A stretch of DNA of 64,000 bases from an uncultured Chloroflexia bacterium (GCA_963813535.1 CAWEZH010000002.1:1398665-1462664), one strand, 5' to 3'. Counted from the first letter of the stretch, positions 8,999-19,338 are shown. Translations and numbers: made by a program. The notes: a model not told the origin generated them from the letters alone.

Positions 8999-10479
8999 GA
9001 GCCGAGCACCGCCAGTGCCCGATCGAGGCGGGCAAGGACGCGCTCGCGGCCAAGCGCGACGAGGGTGTCGAACAGCGGAGGCGTCGCGGTCCGGCCGGTC
9101 ACGGCCACGCGGATCGCCATGAACAGGTCGCCCACCTTCCAGCCACGCTCCTCGGCCAGCGCACGGAGGGGCGGCTCCAGCTCATCGGCCTCGAACGACA
9201 CGTCGCCGACCGCCTCGATCGTGTCGCGCGCCGCGCCCAGCCCATCTCGCGCCGTCGCGACGTCCCAGCGCTTGGGGACCAGCATCTCCGGCTCGAGGTC
9301 CACGTCGGTGACCCACAGGAAGCCGACGAGATCGCCGACGGCGCCGAGCGTCGGCAGACGCTCCTGGATGACCGGCATGAGCGCGCGCAGCTCGTCGTCG
9401 GCCGGCATCCACTCGATGCGCCCGGCTACCCTCTCGGCCTCGACGAACGGCCGCAGGCGGTCGATGAGGTCGTCCGGTTCGAAGCGACGGATCCACTGGC
9501 CGTTCATCCACTCGAGCCGCTCACGATCGAAGACCGCGCCACCTTTGTGCACGTCGGTCACGTCGAACCGCTCGATCAGCTCGTCGAGCGACAAGATCTC
9601 CTCCTCGGTCCCGGTCGACCAGCCGAGAAGGGCGAGGTAGTTGACGATCGCCTCGCGGACGAAGCCCTGCGCGACGTAGTCGTCGATCGCCGTCTGGCTC
9701 TTGCGCTTGCTCATCTTCGTCCGGTCCGGATTGAGGATCAGCGGCAGGTGCGCGAAACGCGGTACCGCATGACCGAGGGCACGGAACAGGAGGATGTGCT
9801 TCGGGGTGTTGGAGAGGTGGTCCTCGCCGCGGATGACCTCGGTCACCTCCATGGCAGCGTCGTCGACGACGACCGTGAAGTGGTAGAGCGGCGTCCCGTC
9901 AGCCCGCACGATCACGAAATCGCCGCCGAGATTGGCCACATCGATCTCGACGCGGCCGCGGACGATGTCATCGAAGCCAACGACCCCCTCGCCCACGCGG
10001 AAGCGCAGCGCGCCTCGGCGCCCCTCCGCCTCTCGGGCACGCCGTTCGTCAGGCGTGAGATGGGCGCAGCGACCGACGTAGCGGGGTGGCTCGTGGGCGG
10101 CTTCCTGGGCGCGCCGATCGGCCTCCAGCTCCTCGAGGGTGCAGTAGCAGGGATAGGCCAGGTCGTCGGCGAGGAGCCGCTGGGCGGCGGCGGCGTACGC
10201 CGGCAGCCGCTCCATCTGGCGGTACGGCCCGTGCGGGCCGCGGGCGGGCTCGCCGGCGACCTCCGGACCCTCGTCCCAGTCCAGGCCGAGCCAGTGCAGT
10301 CCATCGAGGATGTCCTTCTCGAATTCGACGGTGCTGCGGACCTGGTCGGTGTCCTCGAGCCGGAGGATGAACGTGCCACCCACGTGGCGGGCGTGCAGGA
10401 AGTTGTAGAGGGCGGTCCTGGCGGTACCGATGTGGAGCGGCCCGGTCGGGCTCGGGGCGATGCGGACGCGGCTGGTCAC
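8995..10479 (-). CDS. gltX: Glutamate--tRNA ligase
   Basis: Starts RIAPSPTGPLHIGTARTALYNFLHARH (HIGH motif) and has the KMSKRK (KMSKS) motif. Confidence 0.95.
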   Translation of the reverse strand: MTSRVRIAPSPTGPLHIGTARTALYNFLHARHVGGTFILRLEDTDQVRSTVEFEKDILDGLHWLGLDWDEGPEVAGEPARGPHGPYRQMERLPAYAAAAQRLLADDLAYPCYCTLEELEADRRAQEAAHEPPRYVGRCAHLTPDERRAREAEGRRGALRFRVGEGVVGFDDIVRGRVEIDVANLGGDFVIVRADGTPLYHFTVVVDDAAMEVTEVIRGEDHLSNTPKHILLFRALGHAVPRFAHLPLILNPDRTKMSKRKSQTAIDDYVAQGFVREAIVNYLALLGWSTGTEEEILSLDELIERFDVTDVHKGGAVFDRERLEWMNGQWIRRFEPDDLIDRLRPFVEAERVAGRIEWMPADDELRALMPVIQERLPTLGAVGDLVGFLWVTDVDLEPEMLVPKRWDVATARDGLGAARDTIEAVGDVSFEADELEPPLRALAEERGWKVGDLFMAIRVAVTGRTATPPLFDTLVALGRERVLARLDRALAVLGS

Positions 10480-11204
10480 CGCTCGGGGACCGTGTGGAAT
10501 AGCCCGGGGTCCGCCTCGCCGTGAAGGACCCGGATGAGCGCGGCAGGTCGGAGCCCGAGCGTCGCCCGACCGCGAGGACCATCAAGCGTCAAGGAGTCGA
10601 GCGATTCCGAGCGGGCCAGGATGGTCACCGGCGCGCCCGGCTTGAGCGCGCGGGCCTCGAGGTAGGAGAGCAGGCCCGCGTCCTCCTCGGCCGCCTCGGT
10701 GATGCGATAGATCGTGGCATGCGTGCCCGCCTCGACCTCGGACAGCCGCACCCCGGCGGGTCGCTTTCGCGCCGTCGCCGCATCGATCGGGTTGCCGTGG
10801 GGGCAGATCTCCGGATGGCCGAGCATCTCGTCGAGCCGTGCCTCGACGCGCGGCGAGATGGCGACCTGGAGCCGCATCGCCTCCTCGTCCGACTCGGCCC
10901 ACCCCAGCCCGACGACGCTCGTCAGGAGCCACTCGAGCAGCGCGTGGCGCCGGAAGATGGCGTCCGCCGCAGCGCGACCGGGCGTCGTGAGCCGGAGCTC
11001 TCGGCCGCCGTCATGCTCGACCAGACCGTCGGTGCCGAGCCGTCGGAACATCTCGCTGGCCGCCTGCGTAGTCACGCCGAGGTGGCGCGCGATCTCCGCG
11101 GCCGTCGCTCGTGACCCTTCCTCCGAGCCCGCCGTCACTCGCAGCGCGAGCAGGTACTCCTGCGCTGCGGCCGACAGGTCGCGCTGGTCGCTCCGACGGG
11201 GCAT
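10476..11204 (-). CDS. DtxR/IdeR/MntR-family metal-dependent transcriptional regulator with FeoA-like C-terminal domain
   Basis: Has the HTH block AQEYLLALRV...TAAEIARHLGVTTQAASEMFRRLGTDGLVEH, a metal-site region and a C-terminal SH3-like domain. Its stop overlaps the gltX start by 4 nt. Confidence 0.8.
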   Translation of the reverse strand: MPRRSDQRDLSAAAQEYLLALRVTAGSEEGSRATAAEIARHLGVTTQAASEMFRRLGTDGLVEHDGGRELRLTTPGRAAADAIFRRHALLEWLLTSVVGLGWAESDEEAMRLQVAISPRVEARLDEMLGHPEICPHGNPIDAATARKRPAGVRLSEVEAGTHATIYRITEAAEEDAGLLSYLEARALKPGAPVTILARSESLDSLTLDGPRGRATLGLRPAALIRVLHGEADPGLFHTVPER

Positions 11205-11208
11205 GCCC

Positions 11209-12549
11209 TCAGGATACCGGGCTGGCCCTGCGCCGAACCTCGCGAGCGACGCCGTAGCCCAGACCGGCGACCCACGCCAGGATCATCAACCCGCCCAGGA
11301 TCGATCTGCCCGTCGCCATGCTCTCGGGGTCGCCGGTGGCGAACAGGAGGAGCGACGCCGGGAAGACCGTCCCGAGGATGGCGATCGTGCCGATCGTCGC
11401 GACTCGTGCCAGCCTCGGCAGCAGGATCAGCAGGAGCAGCAACCCGAGCTGCGCGACCCATGTGAGCGGCGCCACCGCGGGCGGGCACGTGGCGGCGAAC
11501 CGGCCGCACCCGGTCACTTCGCCAGCGAACCATCCGGCGCCGAGTGCGATGGGCGCCCAACCGATGACGGCGCGCCCGATGCGTGCGACGCTCGTCGGGT
11601 GGTCGTCGTCCAGCCAGCCGCGGATGGAGGCCATCACCGCATCGGTCGAGAGGTCCGCCGCCAGGTCGTCGACGTCGATGGTCCGAGCGACGGGAGGGGC
11701 CGTCGGGCGCGGAGCGGCTCCCGGCGGTCGGCTGCCGCCGCCCGCGGACGAGCTCGTCGCCGGTTCCGCCGTCGTCGCCTCCCACCACGACGAGGTCGTG
11801 TGGGTCGGCGGCGGCGGTCCGGCCGTCGTGCCGGAGGCATCGACGTCGATGGACGGCCCGGACGATGGCGGTGCGGTGTCATCGACGGTGTCCGAGGCGC
11901 CCATCGCCGACACGCTCGGCGCGTCATCGTCGCGCTCCTGTCGCGCTCTGCGCGCTCGGGCCTGGTACTCGGGCCCGTGCTTGCGGGGATCCGCGTATTC
12001 CTTCGGATTGAGCGTCCAGTACGTCCCCGACGTCGTGCCGTACCACGACGCGCCGCCCCAGTCGGGCTCGAACGTCTCCGGATCGACGTCGTCGTACGAC
12101 GTGGAGCCGAGCGTCGCCTTCTTCGGTCGCCGCTGCCCTGGATCGTCGGCGTCGCGCGCGCGACCGTCGCGACCGGGCGTGTCGGGCCGACCCGTCCGAG
12201 TGGATCCATCGGGTCGAGGCGATGACCTCGGCCGTGGACCGGGTCGCGGTCCGGGCCTCGGCCGAGGTCGGCCGCCGTACGCGCGATAGGTGGCGCCGGC
12301 TCGGTCCGCGTCGGCATCGTAGGCTCGTCGAGTGGCTCCCGGCCTGCCTCGCCCGACCGTGGGTGGTCCCGACCCATCCGGCCCGGCGATCTGGTCGTAG
12401 GCCGCCTGGATGGCGAGGAACCGCGGCAGCGCCGCCTCACCGGCGGCGTCGGGGTGGTTCGCCTTGACGAGGCGTCGATAGGCGCGCTTGACCTCATCGA
12501 GGGATGCCCCTCGGTCGAGGCCGAGCGTGCGATACGGGTCGTCGGGCAT
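11209..12549 (-). CDS. Membrane-anchored J-domain protein
   Basis: The N-terminal J domain is DPYRTLGLDRGASLDEVKRAYRRLVKANHPDA. A long Pro/Arg/Gly-rich linker follows, then a C-terminal cluster of TM helices. Confidence 0.7.
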   Translation of the reverse strand: MPDDPYRTLGLDRGASLDEVKRAYRRLVKANHPDAAGEAALPRFLAIQAAYDQIAGPDGSGPPTVGRGRPGATRRAYDADADRAGATYRAYGGRPRPRPGPRPGPRPRSSPRPDGSTRTGRPDTPGRDGRARDADDPGQRRPKKATLGSTSYDDVDPETFEPDWGGASWYGTTSGTYWTLNPKEYADPRKHGPEYQARARRARQERDDDAPSVSAMGASDTVDDTAPPSSGPSIDVDASGTTAGPPPPTHTTSSWWEATTAEPATSSSAGGGSRPPGAAPRPTAPPVARTIDVDDLAADLSTDAVMASIRGWLDDDHPTSVARIGRAVIGWAPIALGAGWFAGEVTGCGRFAATCPPAVAPLTWVAQLGLLLLLILLPRLARVATIGTIAILGTVFPASLLLFATGDPESMATGRSILGGLMILAWVAGLGYGVAREVRRRASPVS

Positions 12550-12606
12550 CGGTCGGTGCGCTCCTGGCCGGGCTCGGGTTCGAGGGCCCTCGGAGGGCCG
12601 CCCCCG

Positions 12607-13752
12607 TCAGCCGATCAGTTCGCCGACAGGCGCGAGCTCGAACTCCGGGATCGATTCTGCGCCGACCCGGCCGTGAGGGTCGAGGATCGTCGGTCGGTGG
12701 TAGCGGACCAGCATCCGAAGCGCCTGCCCGTCGAGGACGCCGACCTGCCGTAGGGCCTCGACCGACGCGGCCCAGGTGCCGCGGTCGTAGCCGTCGCCAT
12801 CCTCGATCTTGACCGCCAATCCCGACGCCTCGTCGAGCAACGTCCCGGAGCGCGGACCGGGCAGGATCGCGACGGCGCGGAGTGCCTCCATGCCCGCCTT
12901 GCTGACCAGGCGGCCCTCGACCGCCTTCATAAGCGATGTGTCGAGTCGATCGTGTCGCCCGGCGACCATCTCCGGGTTGTCGACCATGGCGTCGCGCACG
13001 ATCGTGAGCGCGGGTGCCAGCGAGCTGCGCGTGTCGCGCGATGGCACGCTCGACGGGTCGGCCAGGAATGCGTACGCCTGGGCGACCTGTCGAAGGCGGA
13101 AGCCGTAGGTCTCTACCCCGCAGCCGTCGATGGCGGTCTCGAGCCGCTCCGGGGTCGTCCCGTAGGCCCGGGCGACAGCCGAGCGGTACGCGGCCTGCGA
13201 CGGATGCTCCGGCTGCCAGTAGGTCTCGGGATCCCAGCCCTTGAGACGAGACAGCAGCAGCGAGACGGCGTGTTGCCCGGAGCACATGTGACGGATCGCT
13301 CCGGGCTTCTCCCCGTCACGCGCAAGACGGGCGGCGGTCAGCGGATCGAGGGGCATGCCCTCGTTCCCGCACGCGAGCATCGATTGGCTCACTCCGGCCC
13401 GACGGAACATCCCCTGCAGGGTCCGGACGTGGAAGTCCTCGCCGGAGTGCGAGCTCGCCATGATCGCGAGCTCGGCCGGCTCGAGATCGAATGCCTCGAT
13501 CCCGCCAGCCTCGATGAGCGCCACCAGACCGAACGGTTTGACGGTCGAGCGGAGCGTGACGACCCGGTCCGGGTCACCGAGGGAGCGGATCAGCCGACCG
13601 CTGGCGTCGGCCTCGACGATGTCGCCGCGGTGGACACTCTCCTCGATGCCGTTCCTCATGTGGCGGACGAGCACCGGCGTGTCGGCACGAACGCGGTTCC
13701 GGGTCCGTGCCCGACCGGTCCGAGGGGTCGCGCGCTCCGCGGCGAGGGTCAC
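12607..13752 (-). CDS. Asparaginase II family protein (PF06089-type)
   Basis: Family-typical blocks LRSTVKPFGLVALIEAGG, MASSHSGEDFHVRTLQ and IRHMCSGQHAVSLLL. The start codon is uncertain. Confidence 0.65.
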   Translation of the reverse strand: MTLAAERATPRTGRARTRNRVRADTPVLVRHMRNGIEESVHRGDIVEADASGRLIRSLGDPDRVVTLRSTVKPFGLVALIEAGGIEAFDLEPAELAIMASSHSGEDFHVRTLQGMFRRAGVSQSMLACGNEGMPLDPLTAARLARDGEKPGAIRHMCSGQHAVSLLLSRLKGWDPETYWQPEHPSQAAYRSAVARAYGTTPERLETAIDGCGVETYGFRLRQVAQAYAFLADPSSVPSRDTRSSLAPALTIVRDAMVDNPEMVAGRHDRLDTSLMKAVEGRLVSKAGMEALRAVAILPGPRSGTLLDEASGLAVKIEDGDGYDRGTWAASVEALRQVGVLDGQALRMLVRYHRPTILDPHGRVGAESIPEFELAPVGELIG

Positions 13753-13884
13753 CCCGCGAGGATACCGCGCACGGCGTCACGTGGGGGCCGTGTCTGACGC
13801 GCCATCGAGACCCGATGGTCCCGCTGCTCGGTGGGCCCTCCGCATGGCGGTTTCGACGCGTGCCCACTGCTACGGTCCTGTCCG

Positions 13885-14667
13885 ATGTCTCGGGGATCGG
13901 TCCGGTTCGGTATGCGCGTCGCCGCGATGCTCGTGATCGCTGCGATGGGCATCGGCTGCCTCCCGCCAGCGCAGGCTGGGACCCGCGACTCGACCGGACC
14001 CGCCGTCCCCGCTGCGTCCGCATCCGCACGGCCATCGCCGACGTCACCGACGTTCCTCGCGGCGATCGCCGCGTTCACGAAGCGCGTGACGAGCGGGAAG
14101 CTCACCTATCGCGTGGCCTTCAAGGGGAACGTCCGGGCCTCCTCCGACGATTTGCCGATCGCGGGGTCGATGGACGTGTCCGGCGCCGATTTCGCCAGCA
14201 CGTTCACGTATGACATGAGCCGCGAATACGACCTGGGCAAGATCCGCGTCCAGGTTCGCGGGGTGAAGGGCAAGGGCTACATCAAGTCCGGAGCCGCGGC
14301 GTGGCGGGCCATCAAGGGCTTTGGCGTCGGGTATTCGTACGTCCCGTTCAAGACTGTCGCGGGTCCCGGTGACGTGAAGTACCTCGGCGCGGTCAAGGTG
14401 GGCGGCAAGACCTTCCACAGGATCGGCCTCACCGGCGCCCTGCTGATCCACCCCAACACGATCCCCGGGATGTCGCAGAAGGAGAAGGTCGACGACACCG
14501 TCCTCGAGGTCGTGATCGACAATTCCGGACGGCCCCGGTCGGGGTCCTGGACCCTGTGGGGCAAGTCCCGCGTCGGCGTGGGCGCCGGACAGCTCCAGCG
14601 CGTCGTCTACGAGCTCACCCTGACGTTCACCAAGGTCGGTTCGAAGGTCAAGATCTCCCGGCCGTAG
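13885..14667 (+). CDS. Hypothetical secreted protein or lipoprotein
   Basis: Signal-like N-terminus MSRGSVRFGMRVAAMLVIAAMGIGCLPPAQAG and a beta-rich mature part. The start was chosen inside ORF 13831..14667. Confidence 0.55.
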   Translation: MSRGSVRFGMRVAAMLVIAAMGIGCLPPAQAGTRDSTGPAVPAASASARPSPTSPTFLAAIAAFTKRVTSGKLTYRVAFKGNVRASSDDLPIAGSMDVSGADFASTFTYDMSREYDLGKIRVQVRGVKGKGYIKSGAAAWRAIKGFGVGYSYVPFKTVAGPGDVKYLGAVKVGGKTFHRIGLTGALLIHPNTIPGMSQKEKVDDTVLEVVIDNSGRPRSGSWTLWGKSRVGVGAGQLQRVVYELTLTFTKVGSKVKISRP

Positions 14668-14696
14668 AGTTGCCGGTGGCCATCGGCCGGCGTCGA

Positions 14697-15359
14697 TCAG
14701 CCCTGGCCGCCGGTCCCGAACTGGCGGTCCCCGGCGTCACCCAGGCCCGGCATGATGTAGCCCTTCTCGTTGAGGCCGCGATCGAGCGCGGCGCAATGGA
14801 TCTCGACGTCCGGGTGCGCGGTCTGGACCGCCGCCACACCTTCCGGCGCGGCGATCAAGTTCACGAGCTTGATCCGCACCGGCTGCACGGCGCCCCAGCG
14901 CTTGAGCACGTCGATGGCCGCGGTGGCGCTGCCACCCGTCGCCAGCATCGGGTCGAGGATCAGGCACAGGTCGACGGTCGCGGAGTCCGGCAGCTTGTTG
15001 TAGTACTCGACGGGTCGCAGCGTCCGCTCGTCGCGGAACAGGCCGAGGTGCCAGACCTGGGCGGTCGGCATGAGCTCGAGCATCGCGTCGACCATGCCGA
15101 GGCCCGCTCGCAGGATGGGGATCAGGCCGATCCGCTCGCCGAGCTCGCTCGCGTCCATCTCCTCCATGGGGGTCCGGATGCGGAGCGGGCGGGTCTTGAC
15201 GTCCTGGAGCGCCTCGTAACCGAGCAGCCAGCTGAGCTCGCGCACGACCTCGCGGAACTTCTTGGGCTCGGTGTCCTGGTCGCGCAGGACGGCGAGCTTG
15301 TGCAGGACTGCCGGGTGCGTCGAGACGTGCAGGGTCTCGCGAAGGTCGGGCTGGGTCAC
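14697..15359 (-). CDS. upp: Uracil phosphoribosyltransferase
   Basis: Has [31 protein letters not shown] and the PRPP loop [13 protein letters not shown]. Confidence 0.9.
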   Translation of the reverse strand: MTQPDLRETLHVSTHPAVLHKLAVLRDQDTEPKKFREVVRELSWLLGYEALQDVKTRPLRIRTPMEEMDASELGERIGLIPILRAGLGMVDAMLELMPTAQVWHLGLFRDERTLRPVEYYNKLPDSATVDLCLILDPMLATGGSATAAIDVLKRWGAVQPVRIKLVNLIAAPEGVAAVQTAHPDVEIHCAALDRGLNEKGYIMPGLGDAGDRQFGTGGQG

Positions 15360-15457
15360 GGCGCGATGGTAGCGCGACCCGAGGAGGGCGATCCCTGGAA
15401 TCCGAAGGGCCGGCCCGACGGATCGGACCGGCCCTCCTCATCGCACGGTGACTGGGG

Positions 15458-16624
15458 TCAGTTGCCGCCGGCTGTCACCTCGACGGTGCCCTTCACGAAG
15501 GATTCGCCCTTGGTGTCCGCATCGGCGAGCTCCCCGAGCGCGGCCTCGGCGAGGTCCGTCCGATAGGCGTCCGCCGGCGGCGCCGCCTTGATGACGCCCG
15601 CGCCGAGCGAGACGTCGACGGTCTGCTGCCATTGGGCCGCGTCCATCATGCCGATACCCGCGGGGGACGGCCAGATCAGCGGGTTGATCTCGTTCATCAT
15701 CCAGCGCTGATGCCCGGCCGGCAGCTGCGAACCGGCATCGACGGTCGACTGGATGCAGTCGTCCGGGTTCTCGCGGCAGTAGACCCAGCCCTGGAACGAG
15801 GCCTTCAGGAACGCCTTGGCGATGTCTTCATTGCCGGCTTCTGCGAGCCACGCGGCGCGCGCGAAGAGCGCGTCCTGCAGCATCGCGACACCCTCGTCGT
15901 TCCAGTTGATGACGTTGAGGTCGGTCGGCTGGTACAGCTCGCCCGACTCAGGATTCGTCGCCTCGAGGACCTGGGCGTACTCGTTGTAGATCATCGCCTC
16001 GGCGACGTCGATCTGCTTCGAGAGCAGCAGGGTCATGTCGAACGGCTGGATGACCTTCTCGTAGTCGGTGCCCTGCTCGAGACCGGCCTTCTTGGCGCCG
16101 GCCGTGACCTCGAACTCGTTGCCGAAGTCCCAGACGCCGATCTTCTTGCCCTTGAAGTCGGCCGGCTTGGTGATATTCGTGTCCTTCCACGAGACGGACA
16201 GGGTGCCCGAGCGCTGGAAGATCTGGGCGATGTTCACGAGGTCGGAACCGGCCTCGCGGGCCTCGAGGACCTTGGGGACCCACGAGATGGTGAACTCGGG
16301 GCCATCGGGCGCCGAGCCGACCTGCTGCGGGACCACGGTCGGGCCGCCATCGAGGATCGTGACGTCGAGACCGGCGGCCTCGAAGTAGCCCTGGTCCTTC
16401 GCGGCGAAGTAGCCCGCGAACTGGGCCTGCGGCGCCCACTGCAGCTGGAGGCTGACCTTGGTCAGCTCGGCCGGCGCGCTGGCAGACGGCTCGGTCGATG
16501 CGGACGCGCTCGCTGCGGGCTCGCTCGCCGACGGCGCGCTCGTCGCTGCTCCGCCGCTCGTACACGCGGCGAACAGCATGCTGGCCGACGCGGCCAGTGC
16601 CAGGACCATCCTGGATCGCTTCAT
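15458..16624 (-). CDS. ABC transporter substrate-binding lipoprotein (NMT1/THI5-like, NitT/TauT type)
   Basis: The internal ATG gives the lipobox signal MKRSRMVLALAASASMLFAAC, and the sequence has the character of a periplasmic binding fold. It lies upstream of upp and downstream of the permeases and ATPase. Confidence 0.8.
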   Translation of the reverse strand: MKRSRMVLALAASASMLFAACTSGGAATSAPSASEPAASASASTEPSASAPAELTKVSLQLQWAPQAQFAGYFAAKDQGYFEAAGLDVTILDGGPTVVPQQVGSAPDGPEFTISWVPKVLEAREAGSDLVNIAQIFQRSGTLSVSWKDTNITKPADFKGKKIGVWDFGNEFEVTAGAKKAGLEQGTDYEKVIQPFDMTLLLSKQIDVAEAMIYNEYAQVLEATNPESGELYQPTDLNVINWNDEGVAMLQDALFARAAWLAEAGNEDIAKAFLKASFQGWVYCRENPDDCIQSTVDAGSQLPAGHQRWMMNEINPLIWPSPAGIGMMDAAQWQQTVDVSLGAGVIKAAPPADAYRTDLAEAALGELADADTKGESFVKGTVEVTAGGN

Positions 16625-16682
16625 GGCTCCTCCTCCAGATTCCTTCGACCCCGCGGGGTCGTTGACGTCGCGCGGCACGCCC

Positions 16683-17537
16683 CTACGGCTCATCCGCTCG
16701 GATGGACGCGTGCCAGGGGATGAAGATCCGTTCAAGGATGACGACGGCCAAGTAGAACACGATACCGGTCACCGCGGCCAGCAGGACGGCCGCCCACGTG
16801 ACGTCGAAGCGCAGCGCGCTCGACGCCTGGACGATGATCCGGCCGAGGACCAGCGATGATCCCCCGAAGTACTCCCCCACGATCGCGCCGATCAGGCTCA
16901 GGGTCGTGGCCACCTTGAGGGCGGTGAAGAAGTACGGGAGTGCGGTCGGCACGCGGACCTTGCGCAGGACCGTCCACTCGGACGCGGCGTAGGAGCGCAT
17001 CAGCTCGAGCGCGGCCGGCTCCGCAGCCGTCAGCCCGCGGGTGACGTTCACCATCACGGGGAAGTACACGAGCACCGCGGCCATCATCATCTTGCTCAAC
17101 GGCGACAGCGCCCCGAACCAGTTGTTCATCAACGGCGCGAACGCGATGATCGGGATCGCGCCGGCGGCCACGCCGATCGGGATGAGGGTGTTCCTGGCCG
17201 TCGCCCAGCGCGAGGTGAGGAACGCGGTCCCGACGCCGGCGACCGTCCCGATGACCAGCCCGCCGACCGCCTCGAGCATGGTCGCCTGCCACGACGGCAG
17301 CAACCCAAATCGGCCGGTGGCCCAGTTGTCTGCGAGGGCGGCGATGATCGCCGATGGTCGCGGCAGGATGAATGCACGCAACCCGATGGCGCCCACGATC
17401 AGCTCCCAGGCGACGATCGCGCCCACGAACACGATCACGGCCGGCGCGTATTCGACGACCCGACGTCCGGCGTCGCTCCCCCGACCCGGACCCGACCCGA
17501 TCGGTCGGCCTGGCACCGCCTCAGCTCGCGCGCTCAT
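16683..17537 (-). CDS. ABC transporter permease
   Basis: Six-TM BPD-type permease. Its start overlaps the ATPase stop (ATGA). Confidence 0.85.
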   Translation of the reverse strand: MSARAEAVPGRPIGSGPGRGSDAGRRVVEYAPAVIVFVGAIVAWELIVGAIGLRAFILPRPSAIIAALADNWATGRFGLLPSWQATMLEAVGGLVIGTVAGVGTAFLTSRWATARNTLIPIGVAAGAIPIIAFAPLMNNWFGALSPLSKMMMAAVLVYFPVMVNVTRGLTAAEPAALELMRSYAASEWTVLRKVRVPTALPYFFTALKVATTLSLIGAIVGEYFGGSSLVLGRIIVQASSALRFDVTWAAVLLAAVTGIVFYLAVVILERIFIPWHASIRADEP

Positions 17538-18412
17538 CCGACCGCGCCCTCGGCAGTCGTCCGGCGGGCCGACGCGATCGCCTCGGTGTCGGGGTCAGTC
17601 AGCCCTTCGCGGCCGCGCAGGGCCTCGCGGACCTGCGTGACCACCTCGAAGTAGCGCTCGCTCTCGCGCGTCTCCTCGTCGCGTGGACGAGGCAGGTCGA
17701 CGTCGATGACGCTGGCGATGCGGCCCGGGCGTGGACTCATGACGACCACCCGCGACGACATGAACACGGCCTCCGGGATCGAGTGCGTGACGAAGACGAT
17801 CGTTGTCCCGGTGCGGTCCCAGATCCGCTGGACCTCCGAGTTCATGCGTTCCCGGGTCATCTCATCGAGCGCCCCGAACGGTTCGTCCATCAGCAGGATC
17901 GAGGGCTCGAATGCGAGCGCGCGGGCGATCGCCACGCGCTGCTGCATCCCGCCCGACAGCTGCCACGGGTAGTGATGGACGAAGTCCTCGAGCTCGACCA
18001 GGTCGAGCATCTCGGCGGCCTTCGCCTGGCGACGCGCCGCGTCGAGACCCTGGATCTCGAGCGGGAGCTTGACGTTGTCCTCCACCGTCCGCCAGTCGAA
18101 CAGGACGGGTGCCTGGAACACCATCCCGTAGTCGCGGTCGCGCCGGGCACGATCGGCCGGCTTGCCGTTGACGATGACGCTGCCGCTCGACGGCTTGATG
18201 AGGTCGCCGATGATCCGCAACAGGGTCGACTTGCCGCAGCCGGACGGTCCGATCAGCGACACGAATTCCCCTCGACGGATGTCGAGGTCGATCCCGTCGA
18301 GCGCGGTCATCTCCGAGCCGTCGCGCCGCGCGAAGACCCGGCCCACGTCGGACAACCGGACGACGGGTTCCGGATTCGCCGTGCCGTCTGCTGCAGTCAC
18401 GGAGTCCGCCAT
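17534..18412 (-). CDS. ABC transporter ATP-binding protein
   Basis: Walker A GPSGCGKST, signature LSGGMQQRVAIARAL and Walker B ILLMDEPFGALD. The start was taken at MADSVTAADG, which shares 1 nt with the upstream permease stop (TGATG). Confidence 0.9.
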   Translation of the reverse strand: MADSVTAADGTANPEPVVRLSDVGRVFARRDGSEMTALDGIDLDIRRGEFVSLIGPSGCGKSTLLRIIGDLIKPSSGSVIVNGKPADRARRDRDYGMVFQAPVLFDWRTVEDNVKLPLEIQGLDAARRQAKAAEMLDLVELEDFVHHYPWQLSGGMQQRVAIARALAFEPSILLMDEPFGALDEMTRERMNSEVQRIWDRTGTTIVFVTHSIPEAVFMSSRVVVMSPRPGRIASVIDVDLPRPRDEETRESERYFEVVTQVREALRGREGLTDPDTEAIASARRTTAEGAVG

Positions 18413-19338
18413 CACGTCGCGCTCGGGGCCGTGCGCCCGCGCAGCAAGAAGCGCTCGGCCAGCCAGATGCAGCCGAAGAACACGACGCCGAGGAGCGAGG
18501 CCGCGAGGATCGCCGCCCACAGCTTCTCCGGACCCGTGATGTAGTACTGGTTGAACGTCGTGATGACACGGCCGAGACCGGCCTGGATGCCGCCCGTGTC
18601 CTCCCCGATGATGGCGCCGACGATGCTCGCGCTCGCCGCGATCTTGAGCGCGGTGAACAGGTACGGCATGGATGCCGGCAGGCGGAGCTTCCAGTAGATC
18701 GTCGAGCGTGACGCAGCGTAGGAGCGCATCAGCTCGAGCGAACGCGGGTCGAACGAGCGCAGGCCGCGGATCATCGCGATCGTCACGGGGAAGAAGGTCA
18801 GGTACGTGGCGATGATGACGACCGACAGGACGCCCTGCCCCAGCGCGAACACGATCAGCGGCGCGAGCGCGATGATCGGGATGGTCTGGCTAGCGATGAC
18901 GTAGGGCACGAACGCACGCTCCATCAGCCGCGAGTGCACGAAGATCGTCGCGAGCAGAAGCCCGAGGAACGCGCCCAGCAGGAACCCGATCCCCGCCTCG
19001 CGCCAGGTGTAGAGCGAGGCGCCGACGAGGTACTCGGCGAGGCTCTGGTCTGCGTTGCGTTGGAACGGCTGGCCGAGCGCGTAGGCGATGTTCCAGACGT
19101 GGGGCAGGTTCAGGTCGTTCGCGAACGCCCAGCGGAACGGCGGATCCCAGAGGACCGGGGCGCCGGGGCCGGCACCGATCGGGCGCCACGGAACGCCACC
19201 CAGGAACTTCGCGCCTTCCCACACCGCCAGGACGAGCAGCAGGAACAGCCCGAACGTGACGAGCGGCTTCGCTCTCGAGCGGACCGCCGACCCGCGCCAG
19301 ACGGACGCGCGATCGCTCTGGATCACGGTCGTCGCCAT
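18412..19338 (-). CDS. ABC transporter permease (second subunit)
   Basis: Polytopic BPD-type permease and a paralog of 16683..17537. Confidence 0.85.
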   Translation of the reverse strand: MATTVIQSDRASVWRGSAVRSRAKPLVTFGLFLLLVLAVWEGAKFLGGVPWRPIGAGPGAPVLWDPPFRWAFANDLNLPHVWNIAYALGQPFQRNADQSLAEYLVGASLYTWREAGIGFLLGAFLGLLLATIFVHSRLMERAFVPYVIASQTIPIIALAPLIVFALGQGVLSVVIIATYLTFFPVTIAMIRGLRSFDPRSLELMRSYAASRSTIYWKLRLPASMPYLFTALKIAASASIVGAIIGEDTGGIQAGLGRVITTFNQYYITGPEKLWAAILAASLLGVVFFGCIWLAERFLLRGRTAPSAT

